NCBI GenBank assembly: GCA_038087875.1
Contig: CM075978.1
Span: 161,386,001-161,450,000 of the forward strand
Source: Malacoraja senta
Lineage: Eukaryota
DNA length: 64,000 bases
Reading direction: 5' to 3'
The position numbers and the translations under genes are program-made. Positions 47,398 through 61,180 of this stretch are shown one piece after another (positions within the stretch are counted from its first letter, which is position 1; every line of letters starts with the position of its first letter). Below the pieces are notes generated by a model. The model made no database searches. It was not told the origin of the DNA and saw nothing but the letters and a program-made list of their open reading frames with translations.

Positions 47398-48444
47398 TGC
47401 CCTTTTAAAACAGTCACGATTTTATGCATCACTGTCCGTTCTGCTCACAGTCCCAAGTGCTGTGGGGTTTTCATTATAACTGAAACCTTTCATTACCGGA
47501 CAAATGGCTTTGCGCAAGAGATGCACTCCAGGACTTGCAGGGTGTGGGGGTTGGGGGGGGGGGGGATTTTTGGGGTGCTCTGTAAACAAACACCATTGCG
47601 TGGTAGGATTCAGAGAACATGCTCCCCAAGTTCAGCTGAATCGTACGAGGAAGATGCCAAGCAAGTGGAGGGTATGTAGTGTCACAGTCACAGCAGTACT
47701 TTGCCGCACTAGTGTTATTGATCTGGTCTGTATTGGGAAATGTCCAACATCAAATCGGCTGTCGACCAGCTCAGTTACTTACTATCTCGGCTGGAGTCCA
47801 GGGTAACAAGAAAATATTCATCACTTTGAAAAGATAAAATTAATACTGCCTGGTAACTACTCACACCTCAGTACATCAGTGACTTTATAAAAGAACAATG
47901 AAAGGCAAGTGAACATGTGTTGAAAAGCTGCAGTTTAAAAGCAAATAGTTATGGAGCACAACTTGCAAACTCAAAACAGCAAATGAATTTCCAAGTGAGT
48001 GTTCCGTGTCTCTGAGCTTAGTATACACCATGGACACCTCTGCACTGAGGTGTACACAAATCCACCCTGTGTTAACGCCGAGCTCAAGGTTTAATTGCAC
48101 CTTGACCACATGAAAGCAATGGAATAGATGGTGTCATTTCAAACAGTCGGTTCAAAAGTCTTCTTGACATTGGAGAGGGTGAGACATCAACTTTTCATCT
48201 CTGCAACCATGTTCAAATCCAGCCCAGGTGAATGGAATGCAAGTCTCCCTACTGCAAAAGCAGTACGCTAAAGGAACATGGGCAAGTGTGTACACATGGG
48301 GATTACATATTGTTTAGTTAATGCTCCACGATTCTTAATGTTGATAGAGTGAAGTACTAAATATATTAAAGCAGAAGGCAAAAGCAAAAAAAAAAAAAAA
48401 TGCTCCAAAAACATTTCCTCTCTGTGAGTGGCAATATATATTGG

Positions 48445-48612
48445 AGGGCCATTTGGCCCATTGAGTCTATGTCAAAACATTCCCATTTAGTTTAATTTTC
48501 ATCCTTTGGAATATGGGAGGAAACCTGAGGTTGGGAGAGGGGAGCCATGTGCAAACTCCACACACACACAGCACCCAAGGTCAAGTTCGAGACTGGGTCA
48601 CTGAGGCAGTGG
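48445..48612 (-). mobile_element. Degraded V-SINE
   Basis: gggaggaaacc..gtgcaaactccacaca..agcacccaaggtcaag. Confidence 0.55.
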
Positions 48613-48654
48613 GGCATGACTTGGTCATGACATTTACTTTGTACTAATCGCTAT

Positions 48655-48790
48655 TCCCTTATCATGTAACTGTACACTGCGAATGGATCGATTGTAATCA
48701 TGTATTGTCTTTCCGCTGGCTGGTTAGCACGCAACAAAACCTTTTCACTGTACCTTGGTACATGTGGCAATAAACTAAACTGAACTGAAC
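48655..48790 (+). mobile_element. Rex1-type LINE 3' UTR fragment
   Basis: Homologous to 25200-25325; AATAAA followed by (ctgaa)n tail. Confidence 0.65.
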
Positions 48791-48936
48791 ATGGTCGAAC
48801 AGCAGGAGAGCAGCAGGAATCGCAGAGGAGGATCAATGAGAGAGGGTCTCACAGAACTACCATCGGAGAGTGGAGAACTTCTTCAAAGTAGGCATACCTT
48901 GAGTAGATTTTGCAATAGAGCAGTAAAATGTGGATG

Positions 48937-49002
48937 CAAGGAACTGCAGATGCTGGCTTACTGAAAAAGACACAAGGTGTTGGAGTAACTCAACAGGTCA
49001 GG
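48937..49002 (-). mobile_element. Penelope pLTR 3' remnant
   Basis: aaggaactgcagatgctgg..gacacaaggtgttggagtaactca. Confidence 0.7.
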
Positions 49003-51123
49003 TATTGGTTGTGGTGAATGGAATTAGAGTGAATGGGATGTTGAACCCTGGTATGCTTCAGCACTACGTGTTCAGTACGTGGACAAATGAGACCATGTTC
49101 AAACACATAAAGAAAACTGGGAAAATAACGGTGAGTTTACTGCAGATGTTGATGTTAACATGTCAGTCATTCGGCAATTTGAGGCAAGGTTGAGACTTTG
49201 CTTGTGAACAGTCCCAGTTGGAACCACTGCACCGTCAATCTTTGACCATCACTCGTTGAGGAGATAAATGTTTGGTCCCATAGCTCACCAAGATGGTGGA
49301 GACTGCCTGGTCAGCTTCACGCCATCATTATCAGTGACTGTCAGAAGCTTCATCATGTTCCCAACAATTGCTGCTAAAGAATATTCAAAACTAAGGGAAA
49401 GATAAAAAAAAACGATTATGTTGTGAGATTCTGAGCAACTATTGCCGATTTGTTCATTTGGAAAGATGGATTTAAAAAGGTGAATGGTCCAGGACAGCTT
49501 GTGTTTGTTTGTTTGAGTGCATGCATTACAATTAAAACTGGTTTGTGGTGGACTGCATCTACAGGGGATGACGTATTAACAAAGGGATCTGACAGTTTCA
49601 GGTTGGTGATTTTTATTCCAAATAAAAAATCAATACGTTTTCTGGGTTATACATATTCAGAGTGGGCTGATATCTCCATCATAATGGCAAATAGGTGTCC
49701 TGTTACTGCTTCTCTTGCCATATCTGTACCATTGCATTTTCCAATCCACTGGCAAATATTTAAACATGATTTGATTGCAGCTCATGACAATGTTAATGTC
49801 CTTGGCCCAAAGTACATTTCAAGTAGCTGAGCGATGCCAGCCTTTGGATAGTGTTTCATGCTCATTGTGTCGAAAATAGCCTGCAGGAAGAGATATGAAA
49901 TATCTGCCTCACAGGACTAAATGAAAAAAAACTATCAACTTTGTGTATTGTATTTATGTGGCTGCAATATGCACCCTAGCCATTTAGTCAGTATCACAGT
50001 GACAGGTTTTCTTCAAAGGCTTTCTGTTGTTTGTAAACCATAAGGCTATGTTGCATGTGATGTGCAAGCCAGCTGCCTCACATCTTGGTACCTGTTTCCT
50101 GTGGTAGGATACAGCTCACGCACAATTGCCATTCAAAATGAACATTCACATTGTCTTTCAATAATAATCCGATCAGAACGCCTTCCAGGAAAATTGCAGC
50201 AGGGCTCTTACATAATTGAATCTTTTGAAGAAGAATCAAGGTATCCCTGTTTTTATTACTCCATTGTTCTCCTTTTATGCAACGCCACACAATCTGCAGT
50301 GCATCCTCTTTCTGGTGTTGTGAGTGAGGACCCAGGTGATTCCTCGTTCTACCTTGGTGGGCCAAAGGGCCTGTTTCTGCTCTGTATCTCTAAACTGTAA
50401 AATTGCCTCTCACCATGAGGGAGTTTTGATAAAATTTCACAAAACACACTTACGCTCTTGTTTATGTCCATCGAGATTTCTTCATATGTGTGATTAAGTC
50501 ACTTGAAAATGATCCAACTCAGAGGAAAAGGAAACTACTGTGAAAAGTGTACTTTGTGAATCGAGGGTCAAAGGATTCGTCTTATTGCTGAAATAAGTCA
50601 CTTAGATATTGGGGGTGAAAAGAAAAAGGGAAAAGGTGATTGTCAACAATTTGATTGTGTATCTGGATGGGCTACTTTGGTCAATAGATTATAAACACTT
50701 GTCTCCTTCTCCCTGCAGCTTCTCACATTGCCAGCCTGAACACTTCCTTTAAGTAACCTCCACAATAAGGCTCTAATTTCAACATTTGATACGAGAGTGA
50801 CCCAAGATGCAATAAACAAATCAGAAAATAGGCTTAAATATTTTTTTTAAATTTTACTTTGTAATTTTAATACAATTTTGAGGTGAAGGAGAGTAGGCCT
50901 GAGGAACACAACTGATGTGGCAGTTTCAAGAGCTTCCAGTGAACCATAATGTGGCAGAGATTGTATCCCTGCTACATTACTTCTATGGCAGGTTGGGCCT
51001 GAGTAATAACTTCCTTCCACATGCCACACTGCTTGTGGCCTGCGAGAGACTGGATTTTCAGTGCTGGTTTAGGTACGGGTTTGTACTTGGGCCTGTTTGC
51101 ACTGAAACTGATCAATTTTGTTT

Positions 51124-51509
51124 GTGAGGCTTAGCGCAAATTGGAGGAACAACATCTCATATTTTGCTTTGGCAACTTACAGCCTAGTGATATGAATATT
51201 GATTTCTCTAACTTCAAGTAACCCCAGCATTCCCTCTCTCTCTATCCTTCCCCCACCCCAGTCGCACCAGGTTCTTGTTTTCACCCATCAAACAGCTAAC
51301 AATGGCCCGTTTCCTTTATCATCGTTACTTTTTTGCATATCTGTCATTCATTATTCTATATTTCTCTACATCATCGTTTATATTTCTTGTTTACCTTTTC
51401 CCTAACTAGTCTGAAGAAGTGTCTCGACCCGAAACATCACCCATTCCTTCTCTCTAGAGATGCTGCCTGTCCCGCTGAGTTACTCCAGCTTTTTGTGTCT
51501 ATCTTCGAT
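51124..51509 (+). mobile_element. Penelope-like 3' fragment: GIY-YIG C-terminus, 3' UTR and pLTR
   Basis: RKLEEQHLIFCFGNLQPSDMNIDFSNFK*; CTGAAGAAGTGTCTCGACCCGAAAC at 51411. Confidence 0.85.
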
Positions 51510-53052
51510 CCATTTTCTCATTGGATCTTCACTAAGTGTAACCTACTGTACAATCCTGGTAATAATGCATTGCCCAGATTTTGATTATACAGCTCAATCC
51601 GGTCCTATATTACCACTCACGGGTCGACAATGTATTTGCCGCATTTGTTGTTTTTCACTCTTCCAGTCTGCTTTAACATTCACTATTTCACCGTATTGAT
51701 TATTCAATGATGTTGAGCATTGAAGTTTGCACTTGAGAATGTGTTACTAGAAGGTTAAGATTAAGAACACTGGAGTATTAATTAAACAATATGTGATGGC
51801 TGTGTGTAAAGTCTTGCCAAAGTGAAGGCAGACTCGACACATAAGGACAACAGTGACAATCCTACCCATATGTTAATAGCTATCTTTCAAAATGAAGGCA
51901 TGTGAGGCGAGTTCCTCTGCTTGCTATCATTACGAACCACAAAAGCATACCGTATGATTTTACAATTTTAGTGCAATTGATGATAAAAGAAACATGGTGT
52001 CTGTTACTGCCACTCGATCAATCACACCTTAAACCTTTATTTCAGTGCTTGTGTTTTAACAGTCCTGAATTAATTTGTCAATTGCTGGGCTGTTAACACA
52101 TATCCCCCTCAAGCCTTCACTAGCTCACCCCTTCCAACCACCCCTCTCTACTGCACTGAAGCCCAAAATAAGAACCTAGCGTGAAGATCCATCAAATTAT
52201 TCCCAATCAACAATCAAATTGGACATGATTTCGTGCACACCCTGTACATATATTTTTAAGAACCACAAAAAATGGTTGGTTTGCATTTAACAATACCAAT
52301 AGCGAAATTCACTGTTGTGTAATGACACAAAATGTTTGATGTGACGAACAAGCAGTGGGCTGTCGTCACCTTGGCGATGTCTTTTGTACAAAGAAGAGTG
52401 CTCGTGATAAGGATAATGACATGATGTGATAGTTGTCCCTCTGAGGTGGACATTATTTTTTGAAGTAAAAATTGCATTTCCACTCGAAAACTGAAATCCA
52501 GAACTGAAGAAAATTTCGGGCTGCCGTACGTGTCCTTTCTGCCCCGATGGAAGTGCTTGTGTTATTTTCAAAGCCAGTGGTTGAGTACCTGAGCTTGTTC
52601 TAAGTTCACCAAGTGCCCCTTCAAAAGGGTAAATGAAAGGTCAGATCACTTGCAGCCAGAGTATATCAAAGAAGCACTGTTCAAGAGAAGATGGAAATAA
52701 ACATCCTAACACCAGAAAGGGTTAAAATTAATATTTTGCGCACTGCACACTTTCCGTGCGCTGCTCTGCCCTATATCTCCAGGTTATTTTCCAACAGTTA
52801 TTGTGCATTGTTTGATGACCAGATGAGAAAAGGAAAATTATTAACTTAATTTTCAAGTTGCAGCGCAACCTCCCAAGTACATGCAGTGAGAAGAGATGGT
52901 GAATTTAGTGACAGTTTCCCGTGTCAAAATCCTAACAGATAATGCTCTTCCCTTTTCTGTTTCTATGATTTATTGCTCACGTATTATCATTTCATCGGAT
53001 TCTGAATTCTCGAGAGAGACCACAAAAATGGAAATGAATTTAAGATACAGAA

Positions 53053-53099
53053 AGAGACACACAAGGTGCTGGAGTAACTCAGCAGGACACGCAGCATCT
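53053..53099 (-). mobile_element. Penelope pLTR remnant
   Basis: acacaaggtgctggagtaactcagcaggacacgcagcatct. Confidence 0.65.
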
Positions 53100-53194
53100 T
53101 TAACCACACATAACTAACATTTTTGAATATAATTTATTGAAAAATACCATATGCTATAGAAGAGTAGTGGTGGGCAATGCAGCAAAGATTCTCT

Positions 53195-53610
53195 ATTTGT
53201 TCCTGAGATGGTCGATCTGTCGTATGAACAGAGATTACGCATGTTAAGTCTTTGTTGTGAAGAATGAGACGTAACCTCACTGAAATACAAGTCATGGAGG
53301 GCTCAGACAATACTCAGACACTTGCCTGAGAGAATCAGCATTTAGGATCATCCTCAAAATAAACGATAGGGCATTTAGGAATATGATAGGGAAACCTCAC
53401 GCAGAAATTGATCAATTTACAACTGAGGGCCATGTAGGCTCAGTCATTCAATGCTTTCAAAACAAAGAAACTAAATAGATTTTTGGGATTAGGAGAATCA
53501 AGGGATAGGTGGATAGGGCAAGAAAACAATGAAGTGAAAGGTCAGTTTAGATCTTGCTGAATGGCAGTCTTTGAGGGGTTGAATGCTCATTCATGTCCCT
53601 CTCATGTTCT
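53195..53610 (+). mobile_element. Degraded CR1 3' fragment
   Basis: Patchy motifs (tcgtatgaacagagatt.., gaatcaagggata, gatcttgctgaatggcag). Confidence 0.5.
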
Positions 53611-54047
53611 GCAGTTCTAAAACTGTTTAAAGTCATCTTTGTTTGTGTTGTTTTGTGGCACTGGCTTTGGACTTGCAGCTATCTTGCATTTATTAAAATT
53701 AAGCCTGCTGAATTCTCCAAGTTTGGCAGTTGAAAAGATGTGTTTTTTCCCAATTCTTCCTGTTATCTGCACTAAGGTTGGTACTGGCTGTGGGAGGCTT
53801 GGAGCTGGCAGCACAAAACAGATAATAAAAGGTAATTTCGTTTTTGCATTTCAAGGTCAGGTCTTCTTATTCTGCTGCAAAAGGGTAATCTCATTACTTA
53901 TATGCAATGTACAAACAAAAATGTGGCGCCGTGCCAAATTCGCAGCCACATTGCAAGTAGATACCTAAATCACAAACACCTGAGATCAACTCCCCTCATT
54001 TAACCCAACCCTTTACACATCTGCACTTTTATGGGCCTACAATGGCT

Positions 54048-54190
54048 TTCTCCACACTTCCTTATCTCTGTAACTCCCTCTCGCATGACGCAGTCTGAAG
54101 AAGGGTTTTGACCGGAAACATCACCCATTCCTTCTCTCCAGACATGCTGCCTGTCTCGCTGAGTTACTCCAGCATTTAGTGTCTATCTTT
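54048..54190 (+). mobile_element. Penelope pLTR fragment
   Basis: cagtCTGAAGAAGGGTTTTGACCGGAAACATCacccattccttctctccaga. Confidence 0.8.
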
Positions 54191-54459
54191 GATTCACTAA
54201 CACTCAGGAGAATAGTTCACTAGCAAACTGTCTAACTGCACACCTCGGCCTTTCAATGACCTAGAAACACTTGTTCATTTTATTATTTGAATTGAATGCA
54301 ACTTATTGCTTTGAACTAAATATTCATTTAAATTTCTGTTCACTTAAGATTTTCAATTGTTTAAGAAAAATAGGCTCATTATGTCACTGAAAGTTAAACT
54401 CCTTTTGATAAAGCAAGAACATGCAATTTAGTGACAAAAATGGAGAGTAGGAATAAATA

Positions 54460-54618
54460 AAGACACAAAGTGCTCGAGCAACTCAGAGGGTCAGGCAGCA
54501 TCTCTGGAGGACATAAATAGGTACCGTTTTGGATCAGGACTCTTCTTCACACTGATTGATGTTGGGAGGAGAGAGGTGAGTGTGGGACAAAGCCAGGTAA
54601 GTGATAGGTGGATACAGG
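54460..54618 (-). mobile_element. Penelope pLTR fragment (older subfamily)
   Basis: agacacaaagtgctcgagcaactcagagggtcaggcagcatctctggag..ctcttcttcacactga. Confidence 0.7.
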
Positions 54619-54659
54619 CAGGAATAAATGTTTTCTGTTGGGTTCGCATTTTGAATGGA

Positions 54660-55520
54660 CATTTACTTCAGTATTACAGGTTCAGCTATCTGCACCAATA
54701 ACACAGATACATGAATCATGTATAAAATATCTAGGTTTGCGGATTTTACTAACAGGAACCCACGAGACTGCAAGAGGCCTTTAAAGTCTAAACAGTTAAC
54801 TGAGTGAGCAAGAAAACAGAAGATGGAATTCAATGGAGAGGAATGAGGGCATTCACATTGGTAGGAAAAATATGTTGATATTTAATTTGTTTTTGATATT
54901 CAGCAGGACCTGGGAGGTCTTGTTCCAGAATCACAGTTAACATGGGCATAATTGTTGTGTGCTGGTCTTCACAGTCAAAGGATTAGAGCAGCAGAATAAA
55001 GAATACTTACTGGAATTATAAAGGGTCTTGTGGAATCCTGGTGGGGGGGGGAGGGGGTTTCTGGCTTCCTTGAGGAAGAATATACTTGCCTGAGTGTGGG
55101 TGTAATGAAGAATGATTAATCAATTGTGAGAATTATCCTGTGAGGAGAGGTTGAGTAGACCAGCTCTATATTGTCCAGCAGAGTAGAGGTGACCTCATTG
55201 GAACATGGATAATTCCAGAGGTACTTCACCAATTAGATGCTAAGAGGATGTTTCTCTTGCTTGGAGGTCTAGAATTGGACACCACTGGTTCAGAACAAGG
55301 GCCTTTTGGGATTGAGATGAGCAGCCATTTCTTCCTTTAGCAATGTTTACTTGTTGGAATTTCATAACTCAAAGGGCTGTGAACAATAAATCAATGACCA
55401 TGATCAATAGATTTTTGGACAGTAACAGAATCGAGGCTGGAACTGAGGAAAATATCAGCACAATTTAAACTGAATTTTGCAGAAACCTGAATGACCTACT
55501 CCTGTTCCTATTTTTGTACA
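54660..55520 (+). mobile_element. Degraded CR1 ORF2 3' fragment
   Basis: Remnants: aggtttgcggat (KFADD-like), agatggaattcaatg, agaggtgacctcattg, gaatgacctactcctgttcctattt. Confidence 0.6.
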
Positions 55521-55630
55521 TCCTTTTGTCCATTTACACCAACACCAACAAACATTAATGTGGCCAAACTGCACAATACCTGAAGGACATATTTTTATCC
55601 CATCTGATATGACATTGCCTAATATCAAAG

Positions 55631-55723
55631 GTAGACACAAAATGTTGAGTAACTCAGCGGTACAGGCAGCATATCGGGAGAGAAAGAATGGGTGACGTTT
55701 CGGGTCAAGACCCTTCTTCGGAC
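55631..55723 (-). mobile_element. Penelope pLTR fragment
   Basis: gggtgacgtttcgggtcaagacccttcttcggac. Confidence 0.8.
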
Positions 55724-56689
55724 AGAGTAAATAATTGCGTAATATCAATCTGGATTTGAAACAGAACAATCTAATATGGTGCATGTTTTAATAAAGTCAA
55801 GGTTTGTTTATTGTCATAGACACATTAAATGCAAAGACAATAAGCTCATACCAAAGAAGGTGCTAAAAGGGGGCTCCAACAGAGATAAGTGGAGTGAGGG
55901 CAGAAAGATGAATGCAAAGTTCTAGGCTACTTACAAGCAAAAACATTAAAAATGGCCATGACGGATCCATTCACACCTACACAAGATGTGCAAAATTTAA
56001 GCAGATATTATATAGAAGCTATTTTCAAGATACTTTTAATCCAGTCATTAAATTGGGTTCCACTGTGGTATAAATAGGCTAATTTATGTTTGAATTAGCA
56101 AGAAGTTGCCTTTAAAAAAAATAAAAAAGCAAGGATAATAAGCAAATTTCACTATTTTACAAATGGTCCTTTTTAATTTTAATCATTTGAATAATTATTT
56201 ATTCATGATGTTGTATGTTTTTTTCATATATAGTGTATATGGATATTCACACAGCCATTTATATGCAAATCTTTTCTCAGGAAATTCCTGAGATAAACAT
56301 ATTTTCACCAAGTCCTAATTTGTTCCACAGAGCCTGTAGATCCAGCCCTGTTACACGTAAAGCTAATCTGGATATAAGCAATTTATTTTGAAAATCTGTG
56401 CCCCGCTGCATATGAAAGGTTTCCAGTTCGATGTACCTTCTGTATTAATTGGCCACAAATAACAAAGGAAGCCAATTTATTATGTGGAACCCTCAGCACA
56501 CCAAGAAATTCTCTTTCAACAAGCTGCCATTCTCTCCACCACACACACACACCTCCTCCCACCCCCACTGTCCCCCGCAGTGTGCAGCAAGACTGTGCAT
56601 TTAGCTGCATTTAGACTTCAAATATTGAGGGTACAATATTCACAGTCTTAAATCCAAATAATGTGGTTCCTGGTCTACTAATCCTAGAG

Positions 56690-56760
56690 AAGACACAAAG
56701 TGTTGGAATAACTCAGCGGGTCAGGCAGCATGGATAGGTGATGTTTTGGGTCAGGACCTT
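56690..56760 (-). mobile_element. Penelope pLTR remnant
   Basis: agacacaaagtgttggaataactcagcgggtcaggcagcat..gtgatgttttgggtcaggacctt. Confidence 0.65.
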
Positions 56761-59700
56761 TGGGACAGCTCTCCTAATCCTAATCTACCTTGTTCAGCCC
56801 CTGCACTTTATAAAATCTACACTTTCTTTATATTCTGCACTCTTTTGCACTACCTGATATACTCACGCATAATATCATTTGCCTGGCTAGCACGCAAAAC
56901 ACTACATGACAATTGTATATCAATAATACTTTCAATGGACTAGAACGGCGGGGGAAGAGAACTGAACCTCTGACACTTACCACTCTGCAATATCAGAAGT
57001 AGTTTCAAAAATAAAATAAAGCTGAAGCTGACAAATGGAAATAAGAACAGGAAACATTCAGATCTGTTAAAACCCACGACCATCTCCTTTGCCGTGTACC
57101 ATCACCTCATTAGTCATTTATTCCTTCTATCTTCCATCCTATCACACAACTTGCCTTTTGTTCTTTTTTCAATGCCACATTTTCTTCAGAGATCCCTAAC
57201 TTTTCTCAATTCTGATGAAATGTCATTGACTTGAATTATTATCTCACAAATGCCAACAGGCTTACTGGATATTTTCGGAGTTGGATGATGTATACTGCTT
57301 TTCAGTGAAGAAGCCACCAAAAGATTTTCACATTCTTGCCTGTTCCCCGAGCAGGTCGATTGGTTCTCCGACCAGACCAAAGGAGTGAGCTGTCCTCTCA
57401 TTCGATTGTCAAAACACAGAAACAAAAGTTTTTTTGTTGGATGTCTCAAACTGGCAAAAAGCAAATATCGCAGGTAAAAGGGGAGAAGAAGTAAGTGCAT
57501 CTATATTCTGTGTAGGTGCAAAATTGGTCATCGCTATTCCAGATGCCGACCAATTACCAAATTGAGAGTGTAAAAATATTTGCTTGCTTGGAAAATGGCA
57601 AAGCTGGTAATGCATTGCCTGCTCGTGCAGAGTAGGTTGCCCTTAACACGTTACATTGGGACACAACTGACATTTTTTAAGATAATTAAATTTGGCAGCA
57701 CACCTACCATATACTATTTTATAACGAGTAGTTTATGCAGTAATTTAGCTAGCTTTACCCTAAATCATTACAATTACCCACACAGGAGTCTGACCTCTGT
57801 GTGTTTAAAATCGTGGCAAATTACAAAATGTTAAATTTAGGTGCACTTCTATTTCCTTAAGCTTATAAAAGCACAAGGCTTTCAAACAATCAAAACAACC
57901 TTGGATACAGTGTGAAATATGAATGCGTTATTAAAATCCCAACCTTTATTATTTTTTTGAAAAGGAAAATAACCTGATTTAATACAATGAATAATTATGT
58001 GCCTCTGTTTCATTTTTCCAAAGCCAATAATCAGAAGCATATTTCTCTTAATAATTTTTAAATCTGTCAGTAAGGCAGCAACTTTTATTGCTAAATATGT
58101 TTAACTCCTTCATCTAGCCAATAAAATATACAGCAAACAGCACAGGGTAAGTAATGGTCATATCTTAATCAATTTGGTGGAATGATTAGGTGTTATCTGG
58201 CATGTTACACCCTAAAAAAAAAATCAGATATAGCTATTCTTTTCTAATTGTGCATGTATTTTTTTCCCAGTGCCATTTAAGCGGACTTATGTGCTTACTG
58301 TCTAGAAAGGGTAAATACATTCCGGGTCACAGTGCAAAAAATAAGACTGGCTAATTGCATTCTGCACTTCACTTCTGCAAACCTTCCATCTCCTACAATA
58401 ACAGCATGCCTGAAGTGGTAGGAATATTCATCAAGCAGAAAAGGCACACACACCTTCTTGTTATGATTCTGCAAGACCAGTGCCTGCTGCCCCAAGGTCA
58501 TTTGTAAACCTCAGCCATAACTAACAGCAAAATAAGTAAGTGACGTGGCTCCTCTTTTCATATTAAAATTACACATCAGCACACACAGACAAAAAAATTC
58601 GATTTCCTAAAACATAGAGAAAGGCTATTCATGACATGGATTAGGGTCAGTAGTCTGGTTGAAAAGCAAACCACTTTCTTTGTTTAAACTATTACTATAG
58701 TCGAAAACTGAAGAGAGAGTAATTTGACCGTTTGTTATTTTTCACCTCAGTCATACATGTGCATCTGGTCAATGCACAAAAATAAGTATATTCTAATTAC
58801 GTAAACCTGACACAAACAATATGCACTTTTGAATTTTGCATATCAGTATCTTAGTGACAGTAAAGCATCCAATGGAAATCAGTCCATGCGTCAGAGCCAC
58901 TGTTTTGCGAAGCTCTATGTCACAGGAACTGAAAGTGGATCAAACTTCAGTCGTAGAAAATTAACACCACATACTGTACTTAGCAGGGAAACCCTTCTGC
59001 ACTTCACGCTCAAGATTTTTTTTAAACATCAATTCAAATTGCGAAAAAAATCACCAGAAAGGGAAGCAGATGGCACTGGACATCTTTCAGTCAATTAAAA
59101 AAACTACCAATGTAACTGAGGGATTGAAATGAGGATGTGAATTGTGAGACTGAAGATCGTTTGATCCCTTGAATTGTCTTGCATATCATGGACAGCTAAC
59201 ATAGACAGCGAGATTCCCTTTTACAGTTGAAATGCCACAATGTTTTTATATGAACAGTCAAAGTGGATGTTCAGAATGTAATTATAACTTCAAGCCGTAT
59301 TTTATAAAGTCAATTTTAACAGTAAATTACAGTGAGCTCTAAGTTGCAGAATGAACTTCTGCAGAAGGCCTTGTTCTTTTGCTTATTAATTTAGCTTGGA
59401 TATTTCTCGGACATACATTTTAAAAGGCCTATCTAATAACACCCTTTCTCTTATTTTAGACATTTTTCTAGAACTGCAAAGAATCTACAGGGAATTTACG
59501 AAAGGTGAATTAACTTAAGCCCGATGCTAACAGGAAGTAGAGTGGAGTAATGAGCCAACACGCTTAAATCTGTCTTGCTTCAGAGGGGTGAAAGGATCTG
59601 AGTAATTGCATTTCCACTCTCTCCCTCCCCCCACCACTGATAATCATTTCAGCAGAGGAAGAATTCAAGCTTCCTCTATTCAACAAAGACTTCCCTGGAA

Positions 59701-60884
59701 AATAATAATCTGAACTGGCTGCAATTTCAGCCCTTAGTCTGGTGCATTTATCTACCCTAGTGAGGTCACAGATGTCAAGTGCATGCTCTTCAATTCTTAC
59801 AATTTTGCTGTTCATGACATTCATTTATTTGCTTGGCTCAACCACACAATGGGAGATGGCCATTGTGTGAACAATTAAATATATACATCAGTTGCATGGC
59901 TTAAGGAAATGTGCTGCATAAATGTGCCTATGATTATCTGTTATTCTGCTGGCAAATGGTTGAAAATAGCACAAATTTTCATTCAAAGCTGCAAGACCCC
60001 CCATTTTTCTTCAGATTTTTTATTTGGATTCTTTCGACTGCTACGTGATTAAAACCTGCCTTCCATCCTTTGTGGCAGAAACGTGGAGTTTTGACAGTTG
60101 CCATTTTTGTGCGTCTGTGAATACAAAGGACAATCTTGCACTGTACAAATTTGCAGCCTCCTTTCACCAGATTCCTTCAAATTTTCAACCTCAAGTTAGT
60201 TTTATGCATTTGACATCAATTGAATTATACAAATTAAACAAACCATGATACGGTATAATGTACAGCCTTTGTTAAAATATTTTCAGAACAGGCATAGCTG
60301 AATAATATTATTTTGTGAAATTAATGGCAGTGATAATCATATCTAATCCAAAATTGACACCAACAATACTGTGCTATTGATAAAAAAAAGAATCTGACTA
60401 TCCAGAACAGAAATGTAAATGGAAACACTGGCTTCCATTCCATTTATACCAGACCGAAAAATGTTGCCATTGGGACTCTTCAGCAATGTTGTGCAAATTT
60501 GTTTCTCGAACTAGAAAATTTGGTTTATTTTCAACTGAAGTTCCATGTTTCGCAAACCGTCAAATTCATTTTCTGTGCAATGTACATAAACAATGTTTCC
60601 CTCCCCTCAGTGGGGGTAGATAAATGCACCAAAATAAGAAGTGAAATTATGGCAAGTTCTAAAACCCATTCCTCCACGTCCTTGTTTAAACAAGCCAAGA
60701 ATTTTTGCTATGTGCTGTAAGAATTATTTCTTTCAATTAGGTGCACTTGTCCCCAGTCTCAGTTCATTAGTTCAACATAGCAAAAGTCAACAGAAGGACT
60801 GGTGATGAAGTAATCAGAGGCAGACTGGCTTCCGAATTAACTTTGGTAACCCCAGAAGAGCAGGCACTTTGGTAATACTTTTAA

Positions 60885-61180
60885 CATTTAGATTAGTAAT
60901 ACACCATGGAAACAGGACCTTCGGCCCACCGACCATCGTTCTCACTAGTTCTATGCTATTCCACTGTTGAATCCATTCCCTACACACTAGGGGTAATTTA
61001 TAGGGGTCAATTAACCTACAAGCCCGCATGTCTTTGGGATGTGGGAAGAAACAGGAGCATCTGGAAGAAAGCCACAGGAAGAGCATGCAAACTCCACACA
61101 GATAGCACCCGAGGTCAGGATCCAACCCGGGCCTCTGGTGCTGTGAGACAGCGGCACTTTCAGTTGCACCGTGCCACCCT
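60885..61180 (-). mobile_element. V-SINE copy
   Basis: Homologous to 34147-34463 in reverse orientation. Confidence 0.8.
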
